A stretch of 64,000 nucleotides of DNA from Sphaerodactylus townsendi (GCF_021028975.2 NC_059428.1:90396001-90460000), one strand, 5' to 3'; positions 23,789-37,403 are shown, numbered from the stretch's first letter. The notes: generated by a model not told the origin, from the letters alone. Made by a program: numbers and translations.

Positions 23789-25059
23789 TAAGAAAAATGG
23801 GATATAATTTTGGATAGAAGTAAGATCAACACAGTTGACTCGCCAGGTGATCACTATGAAGCATTTAATAAGAACAGAACATTAGTTTGCCATGTTTAGA
23901 CCATGTTATTAGTAAGATGGAATGATTATGAAAGAATAATTTAAAAGAGAATGAGAAACTGCTTCTGCTGCTGGAACAAGGTATAACAATTCTCAAAATA
24001 TCTACATACCATTATGTCTGTCGTTCTAAAGTCAGCAACCTAAAGTATGATCTCCTGAATGGCTGTGGTAGCACAACACTGACAGATTAAACCTCAGTTC
24101 AGCAGACAGAATCCCATTTGCTATTTAAGTGTTCAGTGCAAGAACAGTATAGTAGTTTTTTCTGCAAAGAACTATCATATTATAGTGGTTACAAAGAAGA
24201 CAACTTGTTGAGAGTGCAGTTTGTACTGATTTTGTACCGATACTCCTACAAGTTATACAATAAACTGCTTGATGCTAAAATGTGCTTCCATTATCCATCT
24301 GCTGTGTCTGAATCTTCCAAAATGCAATCTCATTCCTGCTTCTATGTATATTTTGTAGTACTTAGCAATATGGCTCTGCAACCTGTTCAAAGTCTGTGTG
24401 TAATGGTAATTCAAACAGACAAAGCAATAATTCACATATACTTTTAATACAGTTGCAGATGCAAAATACTGACCTATAAACCTGATTTTGAGTGAATTTA
24501 TGTACTACAAATACAATGCTAGAAACTGGGAGCATTCAAGGCAAGGATTAAGTTAGTAAAATAAATCCACTGGCCATGAAAGCAAGCCATACCACATGCT
24601 AGTATAATACTGTTGGAGATAGAATTGCTTTATCTTTTTTGCTCACAATTGTCAGATCCAATAAACACCATAGCACTAATCTTTCAAACAAACTCTATTC
24701 GGATACTTTTAATTGCCCTCTTGCATGCTATTATCAACATTATTCACATCAACAATTGCAAGCAGCAACATAAATGAAAAAAAAATCAAAGCCATCGTAT
24801 GAGATAAATAAAAAGGCCAAGCTTATTTATCTTTAAACTGAACCAAAAAAGGAGGGATATTTGTGCTACTGACAGGCAAGCACCATTGGCCCCCACTCAT
24901 AGTGTGGGCACTTGGTGAGATGCAGAGGACTAGCCCTCTTTACTCATGAATCCCAAGTTTCACAGGTGAGGACACACAGGTGGATTCCACACAGCATAAA
25001 TATAACATTTTAGGACATTTTAAAAAGATCTGTTCTGGAACTTTGTGTTCCCACAGTGC

Positions 25060-25560
25060 GGGACCTTTTTTCCTGCCTGCTGCATGGAGCTCTTGTCAAT
25101 TCCATAGTGGTGCCCACTATTTTGTATGCTGCAGGAGAATCTCCATGGAAATTCCCCATGGAGGTTTCCTCTGCTTGCAGCTCATCTGTTTGCTACTTCA
25201 TTGTCAAAAGTAGATAAAGTTTGTTTAGCCTAGTGATTCTGTGTAGTTTTTCCTTTTTGTGTGTGTGGAGGGGCTGTCTGCAAAGCTACAGCAACACAAA
25301 TTTGCCCAAAATTGGAGCTTCTCTAGCGGTGTTGCCATCGCTTTGCAGATAGCCCCCTACAAAAAGAAAGAAAGAAAAGCAACACATGCAAGGCTAAACA
25401 AACTTTATTCAACCATTTTTTACAGTGAAGTAGCAAATGGATGAGCTGCAAGCAGGGGAAACCTCCCTGGGGAATCCCCATAGATATTCTCCTGTAGCAT
25501 GCTAAATGGCAGGTGTGAGCACCGGAAATGACAATAAGGGTTTTGGACAGAAGAAATACA
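25060..25560. mobile_element. Palindromic MITE-like element
   Basis: Arms 25125-25230 and 25392-25502 are reverse complements. Inner hairpin ggggctgtctgcaaagc / gctttgcagatagcccc. Confidence 0.7.
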
Positions 25561-28500
25561 ACATTTCCTGCCTGTTGACTTCCACTCAGCAGGTAGAAAT
25601 CATCCTCAACCTGGGTTGCAGGGTGGGGGAGAGATTACTAATTTAGTGACCTTTGAAAAACATGGCTCAGGAGACATATGACAGCCTGAACTTGTTTTGG
25701 GAAGAGGGCTGGGAGAAGTTTTTTCCCCAAAACACTATAGATAACATCATAAAGACAATGTATTTGTGATGTAGAATCCACTACTGACTCCAAGCCTTGA
25801 ACAATAATATGTGATGAATCAGGGTCCTACTAGTCAAGCCTTTCAAGCACATAAGGGAGGTGTGCCATGCCCTCACCTCCTGGGCACAGAGCATATGGGA
25901 TGAGGATAATGACATCTTTCAAGGGCTTCCTGATTCAAATTGTTTGCAGAACTAAGGCTCCATGCTTCATCTGAGGATTACCCTTTCACCCTCAGGGTGC
26001 TCACCTAAGCTATATTGTGTAACCACTCAAGCACTACAGGCAAGTGTCCACTAACCCTACCATACCCTTGATATACTGGGAAGCAGGGAGGAAGTATAAA
26101 GGTAATCTGCTCTAATTTCTTGCAACTGTGGCAAACCCACCCCTTCCCCCCACCTTACAAATGAAGGGTACAGAATGGTATTCATATATGCATATTTGCA
26201 GTAACCTGCATTAATAGCCCATGTGTGGTATTCTATTGTCATGTTTTTCTCCCTGCAAATGTGGAAATGCTGGCAATTTCTGACAGAAGGCAGACTCAAA
26301 GGATCAGATAACCATATCTGGATTTGCATTCCAAAGTCCATGACACAATGGGTAACATTCATTCACAGATGTCATAGAACACAACATGATAAATTGCACA
26401 TATCCTGCTTATTTTATTATGTAGAGGAAGTATTCAGAACCAGGACATATGATTTCTTTTCCTTCTATGATGGCAAGTCTATATTCTTGGAGTATGTTAA
26501 TAAACTTAACTTGTTCATTAAGCAAGCCTTTGTGTTCTAGGCAAAGGGAGACAGAGAATTGTCCCTGACCTTGAGCTGCTTCACATTTACAACTTTGTCC
26601 TCACTTCCAAGTTACTGAGAAATTACATAGTAACTCACTCTTTAGGGAAATTATTCCATTAGAGATTGAAAGCTGGAGGTGTAACTCACATTCTACTTAG
26701 ATCTTTTCCACATAGTCCATAAAACAGTCCAACTGTTCATGAACTCAGGAGGTGCTAGGAACTTTTAAAAAGGATTTTATGGCAGATTTCATCCCAAAGG
26801 TAAATCTGGAGGAAGTAGAACATTTCTGATCTGGTTTAACAAGTAACTTTCTAGGTGTCAGAGTAATGACTCTCCAAAGGATTTCAGGGATGTTACAATA
26901 CCACCCAAGATAACCTCATGCTCAGGTTTTCATGTTCCTTGTCAGCCTTTCATCTTAATACCTGAAATTTTCAGAGCTGACCCAGTATGTTTTAAAAGGT
27001 AAAATAATGGTTAGAAGATCAGAGAAAATCTACCACTTATAGTCTGGAGAAATATGCATACTTCTACTACACCTCATATAATAACTAGTTCTCTCTCTTC
27101 GGCTTCTGCCTTTCCATTATCCAGTACATTCATTCTTTCCTTTTCTAATAAGTACAAAGAATAGAAAGGGGTTTCCTCTGATGTCGCAAGCAAAAAAAAA
27201 AAAGCTGTCTCTAATCAGTACTTCTAAGGGAATGGCTGCCAGTCGAAGTGAAGTGATTACTATAGCAGTGGGCATTATCATGAGGAAAATAATTTGAATG
27301 GGAATTTTGAGAAGTTGAATATGATAAAATGTTGTATTTACATGGGGGAATCTGTTTTATTGAATGCTAATGTTCAGAGGGGTTACAATTACTGTGATGT
27401 TTTAATTGATGTTGAATTTGAGGTTGCTGTTTTTTTTACTTCCTATTGTTAGTTGCCTCAATCAGGTTTCTGAAAATGAAGAATACCAATCTTTTAAACA
27501 AATAAATAATGAACTTCTTATTTAAAGAAGATTTTTTTTTAGCTTTCACATTAATGGTTCCAAGGGTGTCTGGACTTTGACCCTCTCAGTGCTTATTTCC
27601 TTCACCTCCCAAACTCTTAATATTTCTGTATGCAGCTGTAAATGAAGGACTAAGCCAAAATACAGAAGTTGCAAATCGTACTCCGATGTCTCCTTGGTTT
27701 GTCTTCCTGCTCTCTAATCATTGTTTCAAGGAAAATGAAACACACACCTCTACCATGACTTCTACATTTTGTATTAGTTTAAGGGAACACGCAAACTCAT
27801 GAAAAATAACTCTAACCAAATATATAAGCAATAGTGGTTAAAATGAAACCTCCTACCATCAGGCAGTGCATTTCAAGGGGTAGCAATGAGAGAAAGACAG
27901 TTGCAAAATTTGTAACCTGCTCCTGGACTTTCTTGTACTAATGGAATATTGAACTCTGTATCTGATGTAACTTAACTCTTACATTCTAATGTCTGTGCAT
28001 CTGGGCTTTTATATGCACGGATCCCTTCTACAACATGCCAGAGTGACAGGAACTCCCCCTTTCTTACTTGCCACAGCAAGGTGAGTGACAGTGGGGGGCC
28101 AGCTGCCAGGGCCTGCCTGCAGCCAAAGCTGTAGGCCATAATTGAAAGAGCAGCAGAAACTGGGGAAATGATAAGTGGCAACCCAGCCCCTTCTCCTGGT
28201 TCTCAGAAAGGCCAGCTGGAACAGCCAGGCAGAATTGGCCCAGGAATGCCAGCAGACAGGAAGATGGGGGTGGGGTGAGGAAGGACGGAAGCAATGATAG
28301 AGACACCACTGGGAAGCCCCAAGGTCAGTAAAGGACTTGAGATTGGAGGTGAAAAAGTCATGTGGGTGGATGGGTAGTCTGAGAAAGGTGCCAAACAAGG
28401 CACAAAGAGAAGGGCCTGGCAGATAGTCAGGCTAGCATGGACAAGTGTTTCTCATAAGGGGAACTTAGGAAAGAAGTCCAAGAAGCTAATTGGGTGGTGA

Positions 28501-28707
28501 GGGAGGGATAGAACAAAAGCCTTAAAACCCCTAGATTAGCCAAGACCAGGAGGATGCAGGCCAAAAACTTTCTGCCAGGACAGTGAACCTTGCATCCGGG
28601 AAGGGAGAAGAATCTTTTCTGTCCTCTCCCAACCAGTCTGAGGACAGTGAAGAGCTTGAAGAAAGGTGGTTTGAGATGCTAAAGGAGGCAAAGGTAATGG
28701 GCTAGGA

Positions 28708-29596
28708 CACTGATAGCGAACCTTTTCGAGACCGAGTGCCCAAACTGCAACCCAAAACTCACTTATTTACCGCAAAGTGCCAACACGGCAATTTAACTTG
28801 AATACTGAGGTTTAAGTTAGTCGGGAGTAAGCTTGGTGGTAGTCGGTGGCTTTGTTTTGAAGCAACCGTGCAATGTTTCAAATGGATGAATCACACCCCT
28901 AGGAGGGTTTACTCAGAAACAAGCCCCATTGCCAGCAACCGAGCTTACTCCCAGGTAAAGGATCACACTTTAGTTTTTCCCATGAAAATCAGTGGGGTTT
29001 AACAGCGCTTAACAGGGTTACCTACACTGCTTCCCCAAAACTAGGTCTGAAGTTTAATGCTAATAATCTCCCTGAAATAATTACACTAATTACCCTGGGG
29101 GGCTGGCAGGGAAAGGGGGAGGAGTGCGGGGGGAGAGGGAAGTAAAACTTTCACTTTCTGAAACCCAATAACCCCACCACCACAAAATAGAAGTAAAAAG
29201 GCAGTGAAAGAAGGCAATCCTAAGCAAGAATGCTGTGAAAGGGGTGGGATAACTTCAGGAAAGCTAAATTTGTGGAGCAGCCATCTGATCTGCGGTTTTT
29301 CCTTCACATGTCATCACGGCATTTGACTTCCCACAAAAATGCAACAGGAACAGAAAAATAAAAGCATGGAGAATATTTTGAAATGGACCTCTCTGTTGCA
29401 CATTTCCCTCTGTCAGAATGGCCTTAATTCAGACAAGGGGGGTGGGGAAGGGATGCTCAGGGCGGTAAGGGATGCTCCTCTCCCTTTCCTGTCAGTTGGT
29501 TGGGGGAAGGGGGAGGGGGAGATGATGGCACGTGTGCCCACAGAAAGGGCTCTGGGTGCCGCCTCTGGCACCCGTGCCATAGGTTCACCATCACAG
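28708..29596. mobile_element. Non-autonomous hAT (Charlie-type) transposon, TIR consensus ~CAGTGATGGCGAACCT
   Basis: TIRs cactgatagcgaacct / aggttcaccatcacag. 8-bp TSD ggctagga (28700-28707) / ggttagga (29597-29604). Sub-terminal ggcacgtgtgcc..ggcacccgtgcc repeats. Confidence 0.85.
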
Positions 29597-30267
29597 GGTT
29601 AGGAGGTAGGCACTCACAGTAATTATCATTCTCAGTGCCTGAGTCCCCTGCTTGGGAATAAGTTCCCAGAAAGAGGACTGGGCTGTTATTGTCCACGGTA
29701 ATTCCCACCTCCATCCCCTGCTTAGAAAGTAGTTAGGAACACAATTACATGTTTTAATCTCTAGTAGAGGGAAAAATTACCGGTTGGAAAAATAATGGCT
29801 TTTTACTGGACAGATGCCTAAATGTCATTGTTAATATTTGTTTAAAATTACACAGCTAAATTAGCTTCCTAAATGAATTGGTGTAATTTACCTGCCTTAT
29901 AAAACATGCTTCATAAATCACATGCTACTAATGCAGAGATGCTCTGCAGAAAACACTATATGAACTATCATCAAATGCTTTTCAGTTTGCCATTCCTCAA
30001 CTTTACATATTTCTCCCTTTATATATTAGTTGATCTTTTAGTAGAGATCTACTACTACTACTATCTAGCTGCAAGCTGCAGTTCTGTTTCAGAGTTTTCA
30101 TGGAACAAATATCTATTTATAATAAATCAGTTTTTCTGGCTAAAGAAAAAAACTAGCCAATTTCTCCCTTTTTTCTCTGTTCAGGGGTTTTATCATTCTA
30201 TCTCATTACCGAGAAGAGTTTTACTTGTTATTTCTACAGATTCATGCAATTGTTCAATATTTTAGGG

Positions 30268-30800
30268 AAAGCACTCCTGACAGATGGCCATCTAGCTTCT
30301 GTTTAAAAACCTCTGAAGAAAAAGACTCCACCACACTCTGAGATAGTGCATTCCACTGTCAAACAGTTGATACATTGTTCCTGATGTTTAGGTGGAATCT
30401 CTTTTCCTTCACCTTGAACCCATTACTCCTGGTTCTAGTCTCTGGAGCCACAGAAAACAAGCTTGCTCCTTCACCAAAGTGACATTCCTTCAAATATCTA
30501 AACATGGCTATCATGTCACCTCTTAACCATCTCTTCACCAAACTAAACATACCAGCTTTTTAAGTCTCACCTTGTATGGCACAGATTTCAGACCTTTTAC
30601 CATTTTGGTTTCCCTCCTCTGGACCCATTCCAGCTTGTCAATATCCTTCTTGTTATGGAAATAATTCAGAGTCAGTAACAATATGTATTTATCTGAGCTT
30701 ATCTTTTTTGCTTTTAAAACGTTATTGTTTGCTGTGTTTTGTTGTTCTATTTATGCCAATATCTTTCTTGAATTGTGGTTCCCAGAACTGTACACAATAC
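30268..30800 (-). mobile_element. CR1 LINE 3' segment (minus strand)
   Basis: ORF 30359..30550(-) gives MFSLVKRWLRGDMIAMFRYLK...RTRSNGFK..EKRFHLNIR. YCVQFWEPQFKK at 30765-30800. Confidence 0.88.
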
Positions 30801-31720
30801 ATAGATACATTTGTAATTGGTTGACTGGCCCAACACAAAAAGTGCTCATCAATGGCTCATTTTCATCCTGGAGAGAAGTGAGAAGTGGAGTGCTACGGGA
30901 TTCTGTCCTGGGCCCAGTGCTATTCAATATTTTTTAAATCAGTTTCTTGGATAATGAAATAGAGGGCATGTTAATCAATTTTGCAGATGATACCAAATTA
31001 GGAGATTTATCTACAGAGGCGTAGGGGAGGAAAATGGCACCCAGGGCAAAATGGTGCCCAGACCCTGCCCCCCATGGGTTCCTGTGCCACCTTCCCACCG
31101 TGCCTCCCCTTCTACCCACTTACCTTAGTTCTTTGCAGCTGGCTAAAAAGCTTCTGCCAGGCCTGGTGGGGTGGGATGAGGGGGGAAGGGGGAGGGGTGT
31201 GGGGGGCAATTTTCTACCGTCATGTGACTCACTGGGGAGCACCCGGGGCATTTGTCCCTGGATGTCCCCATTATAGCTACGCCACTTGGTAGCTAATACC
31301 CTGGAGGACTGGGACAGGATTCAAAATGATCTGGACAGGTTAGAGAACTGGGCCAAAACTAACAAAATGAATTTCAACAGAGATTAATGTAAGATACTAA
31401 ACTTAGGCAGAAAAAATGAAATGCACAGATATAGGATGGGTGACACCTGGCTTGACAACAGTACATGTGGAAGGGATCTGGGAGTCTTAGTAGACTGCAA
31501 GCTGAACATGAGTCAGCAGATATGGCAGCCAAGAAAGCCAATGCAATTCTGCGATGCATTAATAAGAGTGTAGTGTCCATATTGAGGGAAGTCATTGTAC
31601 CACTCTACTTTGCATTGGTCATACCTCACCTAGACTACTTTGTTCAGTTCTGGGCACCCCAAGTTAAGAAGGATACTGACAAGCTGGAACGTGTCTAAAA
31701 AAAGCAAACAAAATGCCAAA
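30801..31720 (+). mobile_element. CR1 LINE RT segment (plus strand)
   Basis: RYICNWL...[40 protein letters not shown]...VPLYFALVIPHLDYFVQFWAPQVKKDTDKLERV. Confidence 0.9.
31014..31287. mobile_element. Short hAT-type non-autonomous element inside CR1 RT
   Basis: Termini cagaggcgtag / ctacgccact(t). Interrupts the CR1 between gataccaaattaggag and ggtagctaataccc. TSD not evident. Confidence 0.65.
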
Positions 31721-33064
31721 TGAGCTTAATGAAACCTACTTTCTATGATACATACTTAGGTCTACGGCCTTAAATGCAAGTGGTAGAATATTTTAAAGGT
31801 TCCCATCATCATAACTGAATGATGCTGTATTATTTTCATCATTCAGTTTAATCAAGACCAATGGGTCTCACTTTCGAACAAAAATTTGTAAATATAACTA
31901 TCTCTTCCTTGAGCAAGAATAATCACTGTAGCATTTTTTAAAAAATAAAAGGAAATGCTACTTTTTACTTCAGTTTTTTTCTAAACTAGTAGTTCAGCAG
32001 AAATATCTTTCTTTCCTTTTATCAACTCAATTATGAAACAAGTCTGATAAAAAGTTCATGAATCATGCCCAAAGGTGCTACTTTAATGTTACTTCCTCAA
32101 AGGCGGCTAGCGTATCTAAATCTTTCTGACATTTTATACCTTCACCTGCGATATATGACAAGACCTTCAAATGAGACACAATGATATATCTTTGAACTCT
32201 GTCTAGATTTTATACTAGGATAGGGCAACTCTGATTAACTATGATACATTGCTGACAGATCCTTCTAAAGCACTAAGGAACAGAGAAAAAGAGAATCAGT
32301 GGGGCAGCTGAAGAGTAAGTACCAAGGAGAAGAGGATATGAAAGACTGCAGAGTCTACTACTCTTTCAGAGGCATACAAAACTGCAATTTCAAACACAGC
32401 CATAATATACAACTATATCTCATCCAATTTCTCTCAAGTGGGTCTTCATATTACTTCCATAGCACATGTCCTATGAATCTCAAAAAGTCTATGATGGTCA
32501 TTGTGAAAGAAGCTTGCTTGAGTCATCTGCTGTTCTTCTCTCCACAGGCACATATTCTTTGTGTAGTATCTTGTGATTTGGATTATATATGCTTGATCTA
32601 TGAGAAGCTGACATATATGTACTCCAAGCAGGCAACAGGGGCCTGGAATGAAACCATTGGCAGCTTTGCCAAATGAACATTTGTAACAATGATTGCATGA
32701 AAAGTGATTGATTGAAATGGCTGCCATGCTTGCTCACCTACCTGCAGATGTGGGTTGGGTTATTTTGCCCTAACCTTGTAAGAGGAATATGCAAGACCAT
32801 TCAGTGTGGCTTAGCTTCATGTGGCTTAGTCATTCAGGACTGGCAGTGACACTTTATTTAAGCACTCACTGTATGTCGTCATGTATTTTGAGCAAGTGAT
32901 GTATCCATTCAATGCTATGAAAGGGTATGATTAGTCAGTTCCCAAGGAGATGAAGAGAATTCATTCTATGATTGGTTATTGGCTATAGTTCTTTAAAAAA
33001 CTTACTTCCCAATAATTGTACCCATGCTGACAGACTTGCAGAGATTGATCCAATAACAATTCAC

Positions 33065-34715
33065 TTTTTTTAGTTCAAAGACCTTTATTAGGCATTAATA
33101 CGTAGCAGAACTAGGTAATCCAAATACAGTTTAACAAATAAAACAGGTACTCCTGTTTCATAAAGTGCATACTTCAGAGAGAAAGAGGAACCCAGGAAAT
33201 TATTTTGTAATTGTGAGCAAAAATTTGGCTGCTATGTCCAGTTGCTTAGGATTCTTTGTATTCAGAAGACAGTTCAATTTAAGATTAAAAAGGCTTGGGT
33301 GGACCAGTAAGGGATCTCCTAAAAACAGGTTTGGTCTAAAATCGTTAAATTTTGGACAGACTAATAAAATGTGCTCCAATGACTCCTCAGAGGTTTGACA
33401 ATATTCACAGATACGCTTTTGCTGTGAAGGTACCATGAATCTATCTGGGGAAAAGATTAGTGGAAACGTGTTGGTTCTCGCTCTGGTTAATAGCCACCTC
33501 AACTTAGGGTCAGGCAAGATGCTTAAGTATGCAGCTGTCCTGCATTTCCCGAGCATGATGTTAAAATGGGGGGAGGGGGGGAGAGAACAAGTTCCTTGCT
33601 TTACTAACTAGATATTGGTGTTCCTGATCAAATAGCTGTACCTTGATACAATGTCGTGTCTCACTAGGAGAAAGCATAAGGACCTGGTCCCAAGAAAGAC
33701 CAAGGGAGGAAATCTTTGATTTGATATGAACCCACCAGGTAGAAGATTGAAGTTCGTGGAGGGTGCAATAAATGAGACTATTAGGGTTATTAAAGAAACA
33801 TAACCGAATCCAAAATTTAAAGGTGGCCCACCATGCTTTTGTTTCCAAGAGGTGTAGTCCTGCCTCGAGGCAGAGGGCAGCGTAGGGTACACAATGGGGG
33901 ACTCCGAAAAGCTTATATAAAAATTTAGATTGTATTCGCTCCAAGGATATATGCCAGGCTTTGATCCATAGGGAAACCCCATGGAGAAGTTGTTGGGACA
34001 CATTGGAATTAAATACCCTTAAAGCGGCAGGAATAAATCTGCCACCCTTAGTAAAGAAAAACCTTTCAATGTCAGCAGAAGTGATTTGACAACTCTTGAC
34101 AACAGTTTCCCTATGTTTGACCCAACTAGATTTGTGATGGAAATTAATGCCCAAATATTTGAAGAACTTAACCTGTTCAATAGAGTCATTATCAAAGTGC
34201 CAGTTAGAAATCTTGAAGGTACTTGAAAAGACCATGATCTTAGATTTGAGAGGGTTAATTGACAGCAGGTTGTTATTACAATATTCGCTGCATTTATGTA
34301 AGAGGCAAGATAGACCAACCTTGGTGCGAGATAGTAAGAGCGCATCATCAGCATAAAGCAGAATTGGCAGTGGCATGTTCCCTAATGAGGGACAGTGTGA
34401 GTCAATTGGTCTCAAAGTAGGGGCAAGGTCGTTTAAAAACAGATTGAACAGGAAGGGGGCCATAACACAACCTTGTTTGACTCCTTTGGTTACTCTAATT
34501 TGGGGGGTCAATAGGCCAAGAGGCGAGCATTTCATTTGAAAGGTGTTGTTGGTGTACAGGGCTTTTATAAGCGCTAAAAGTTTGGGATCAATTTCCAGTG
34601 CCCCCAGTTTCTGCCAGAGAAGCTCTCTTACGACTGAATCAAAAGCTCCTTTTAGATCGATAAAGGCACTTATAATTAAGCCTCCATGGTTTTTGGGTAA
34701 CTTACTCCAAAGTAA
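33065..34715 (-). mobile_element. RTE-X-like LINE, 5'-truncated, with poly(A)
   Basis: AFIDLKGAFDSV, KGVKQGCVMAPFLFNLFLNDL, LLYADD, FKYLGINF, and C-terminal RICEYC..EESLEHILLVCP (CCHC). AATAAA plus A-tail at ~33065-33090. Confidence 0.8.
33200..34535 (-). pseudogene. Non-LTR reverse transcriptase plus C-terminal zinc-knuckle ORF fragment
   Basis: 324-aa ORF 33561..34535 and 118-aa ORF 33200..33556, separated by a frameshift in a G/C run. Confidence 0.85.
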
Positions 34716-36064
34716 GTATACATAGGAGGTTGATATTTGACAGATTTAAAACTGTTTAGGTTTATATGAAGTTACAATCTTCTATCCATTACAATCTCAC
34801 TTCCTACCATGTAAGATACAAAATGGAGTTCTCACTATTTGAAATGTATTGTCATAAGATTGAATCATAAGATTGAATCATAAGATTCCTTGGCAAAAAT
34901 GGTCTTGGTGCCTCATAGTATTAAGTGTTATCAGTGAACTACTTCAATACTTGCTGCCTTGCCTGTGGGATAATCTGGTTATTATATGAGAGAAACAAGA
35001 TTGCTATTTTTACTTTGATGCCTGTCAAAATGGCCTGGAAGGGGATCTTTTAAAAATGTTTACATTATTCTACTATGTCATGAAGCTTCCTGGGTGAATT
35101 TGAACCAGACTCTCTTTTCCAACCAAACCTCCCTCACAAGATTGTTGCTAGGATAAAATGGAGGGAAAGAAAAATGTGTGCACTGAACTAAGCTCCTTGG
35201 AGGAAGGGTTGGATTGAAAGTATGATTGATAGTCAGAAAATTACACTCAAACCAATGGATATGAAAAATTCTTTTATATCTCTATTCAAGAGTACCCCTC
35301 GGCCAACTATTATAAGATGCCAAAAAAGGTAGCAAAGCAACTGAGTGCCATTGAATCGTGACATGTATCTTGTCCTCCCACATCCTGAAATGATGGCCTC
35401 AGATAAAAACAAGAGGACTTAATGGTCTGATTGTAGTATCTGGATCTTCAATTATATATACTGTATGTTTTAAAGTAATTTCTGTAGGACTATCATTGGA
35501 AAAATAGGTTTATCATAACTTTATAGCAACCTGTAATTTATGAACTTTTCTGAATAGAATTTACAAGAAAATTGAATATCATTAAGAAGAAGCTATTTTT
35601 ACTAGGTCTGTCTGAGGTCAGAGTTGCTTTAGAGAGTAAATGGCTACGTCTGCCCATCTTGAGTAAATTGCTTGTGAATGACTTTGTAAAGCAGAATTGC
35701 TTTAAAACAGACAGTTGAAATTGCTTTCCTAGCTGTTAGCAAACCACCGAGGCTATGTAATGCATGTAAAACAATTCCTGAATGAACAGACAGAAATTCT
35801 TGCTGTATCTTGCAGAATGCTGATTTTAAAAAAAGCTTTAAAAAACCTTCCGTAAAATAGAGATCAACATTATTGACCTATAGGGCAGACTGATTCAACA
35901 TATGTATATACCTGTTCAGGTATACTTAGATATCTACCATACTCAATGGCTATATTCAACTTTGCAACAGTAGTGAATTTCTAAGATCATTGAGAATAGT
36001 TTAACAACTTAACCAAAACTAAACGTATAACAATAAATAGAAACAAAAATAAAAAAATAAAAAG

Positions 36065-36515
36065 ATGAAATAGAACAGGAGTCCTTCCAGAGACAACAAA
36101 GATTCTTCCTTTAGTCTTACCCATTATTTTATCCACATCAATGCAGCCGCATCATGGTAGGATTGAAAATCAGGAAGATTGTATCCTCTTCTCTTTTTTT
36201 CATCTATTAGATGGACATACTTCACTCTTTGCTTTTTTCTGGCCCAAATGAATTTCGCTATTTGTTTCCTGCAATTCTCAAACAATTTACTCAGGGTGAT
36301 AAATGGGATACATTGAAATAGATATATCAGCTTTGGTAATCTCATCATCTTGAATACAAATAATCTGCCATATAAAGAAAATTTCATTTCCCCCCATTTA
36401 TCCAAGCTTTTCTTGATCGCATTCCATATTTTAACGTAATTATTTTGAATCAGTTTTTTGGAGCACTTGTCTATGATCACCCCTAGATATTTTACTTTCC
36501 TTACTAACAAATAAA
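36065..36515 (-). mobile_element. L1-clade LINE ORF2 internal fragment
   Basis: KVKYLGV...LSLYGR-like, LPKLIYLFQCIP, FIW, GYNLPDF..Y..AA.L.WI. Homologous to part of the L1 at 9700-10060. Confidence 0.85.
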
Positions 36516-37403
36516 TAAATCCAAAGAAAAATGTATTTGATATTGTGAATTACAGTCAGAAATCCGACAGGTAAATGTAATATAATTTCAATGTCCAATC
36601 TTACTCATGAGGTAATCTGCATACTCTCGAACTCTGTATCTAACCTTAAAGAAAAAATGTAAGAAAAATAAAAAACAATTACTAATGAGATATAGTCAGA
36701 AATTCAACAAGTGAGTGTTAGTATCCAACATTAGTATCCAACTCTGGTAATGTAACCCTTATTCTTCATAATTTTATTTCATCCATGGAGAAAGACTGAA
36801 TGATACATATCTATAGACAGCAGACAGAAATCCAACTGGCAAATGCAGTGCAATATTTATCTCCGACTCTGGTATTTTCTCTAATAGAATGATGCATAGT
36901 CAACTCATCTTCTGAAGACTGGAAGTCTTGGAACCAACCAAGACTGCAAAACCATTTACTCAGAAGATTTGCAGAGACAAAAAAAAAACCCATCAGTGGC
37001 GCATCAATGGAATAGTGCTAGTCACAGGATAATACTAGCTACTTTTGGCATGTCCTTCATCAGTTTCCACCTTATTCACATCCACATCAATTTATGAGAA
37101 TTAACTCCTCTTAACAATATCTCCATGAAGAAAAACAACGCAAAGGCTCTTGATAATACATAGCTCAATGCTTTTGGAGCCCAAAGAATGTTACAAACTG
37201 GTAGGAAGCTCCCCCTCTCACCTGCCTGTCTGCTGGGACTGCCTCTGCTGGCATGTTGTCAGCTCCAAGAATGGGCAAAAGGTAGGGGGAGAAATAATTG
37301 ATTTTAGATGGGCTGAGAATGGTTGAATTCCTTTCACTTTTGGAAGCCCTCACCTGGCAAGAAAAAAAAATCAGAACATTTTGTTGCAGGTCCTCCACTT
37401 CCT

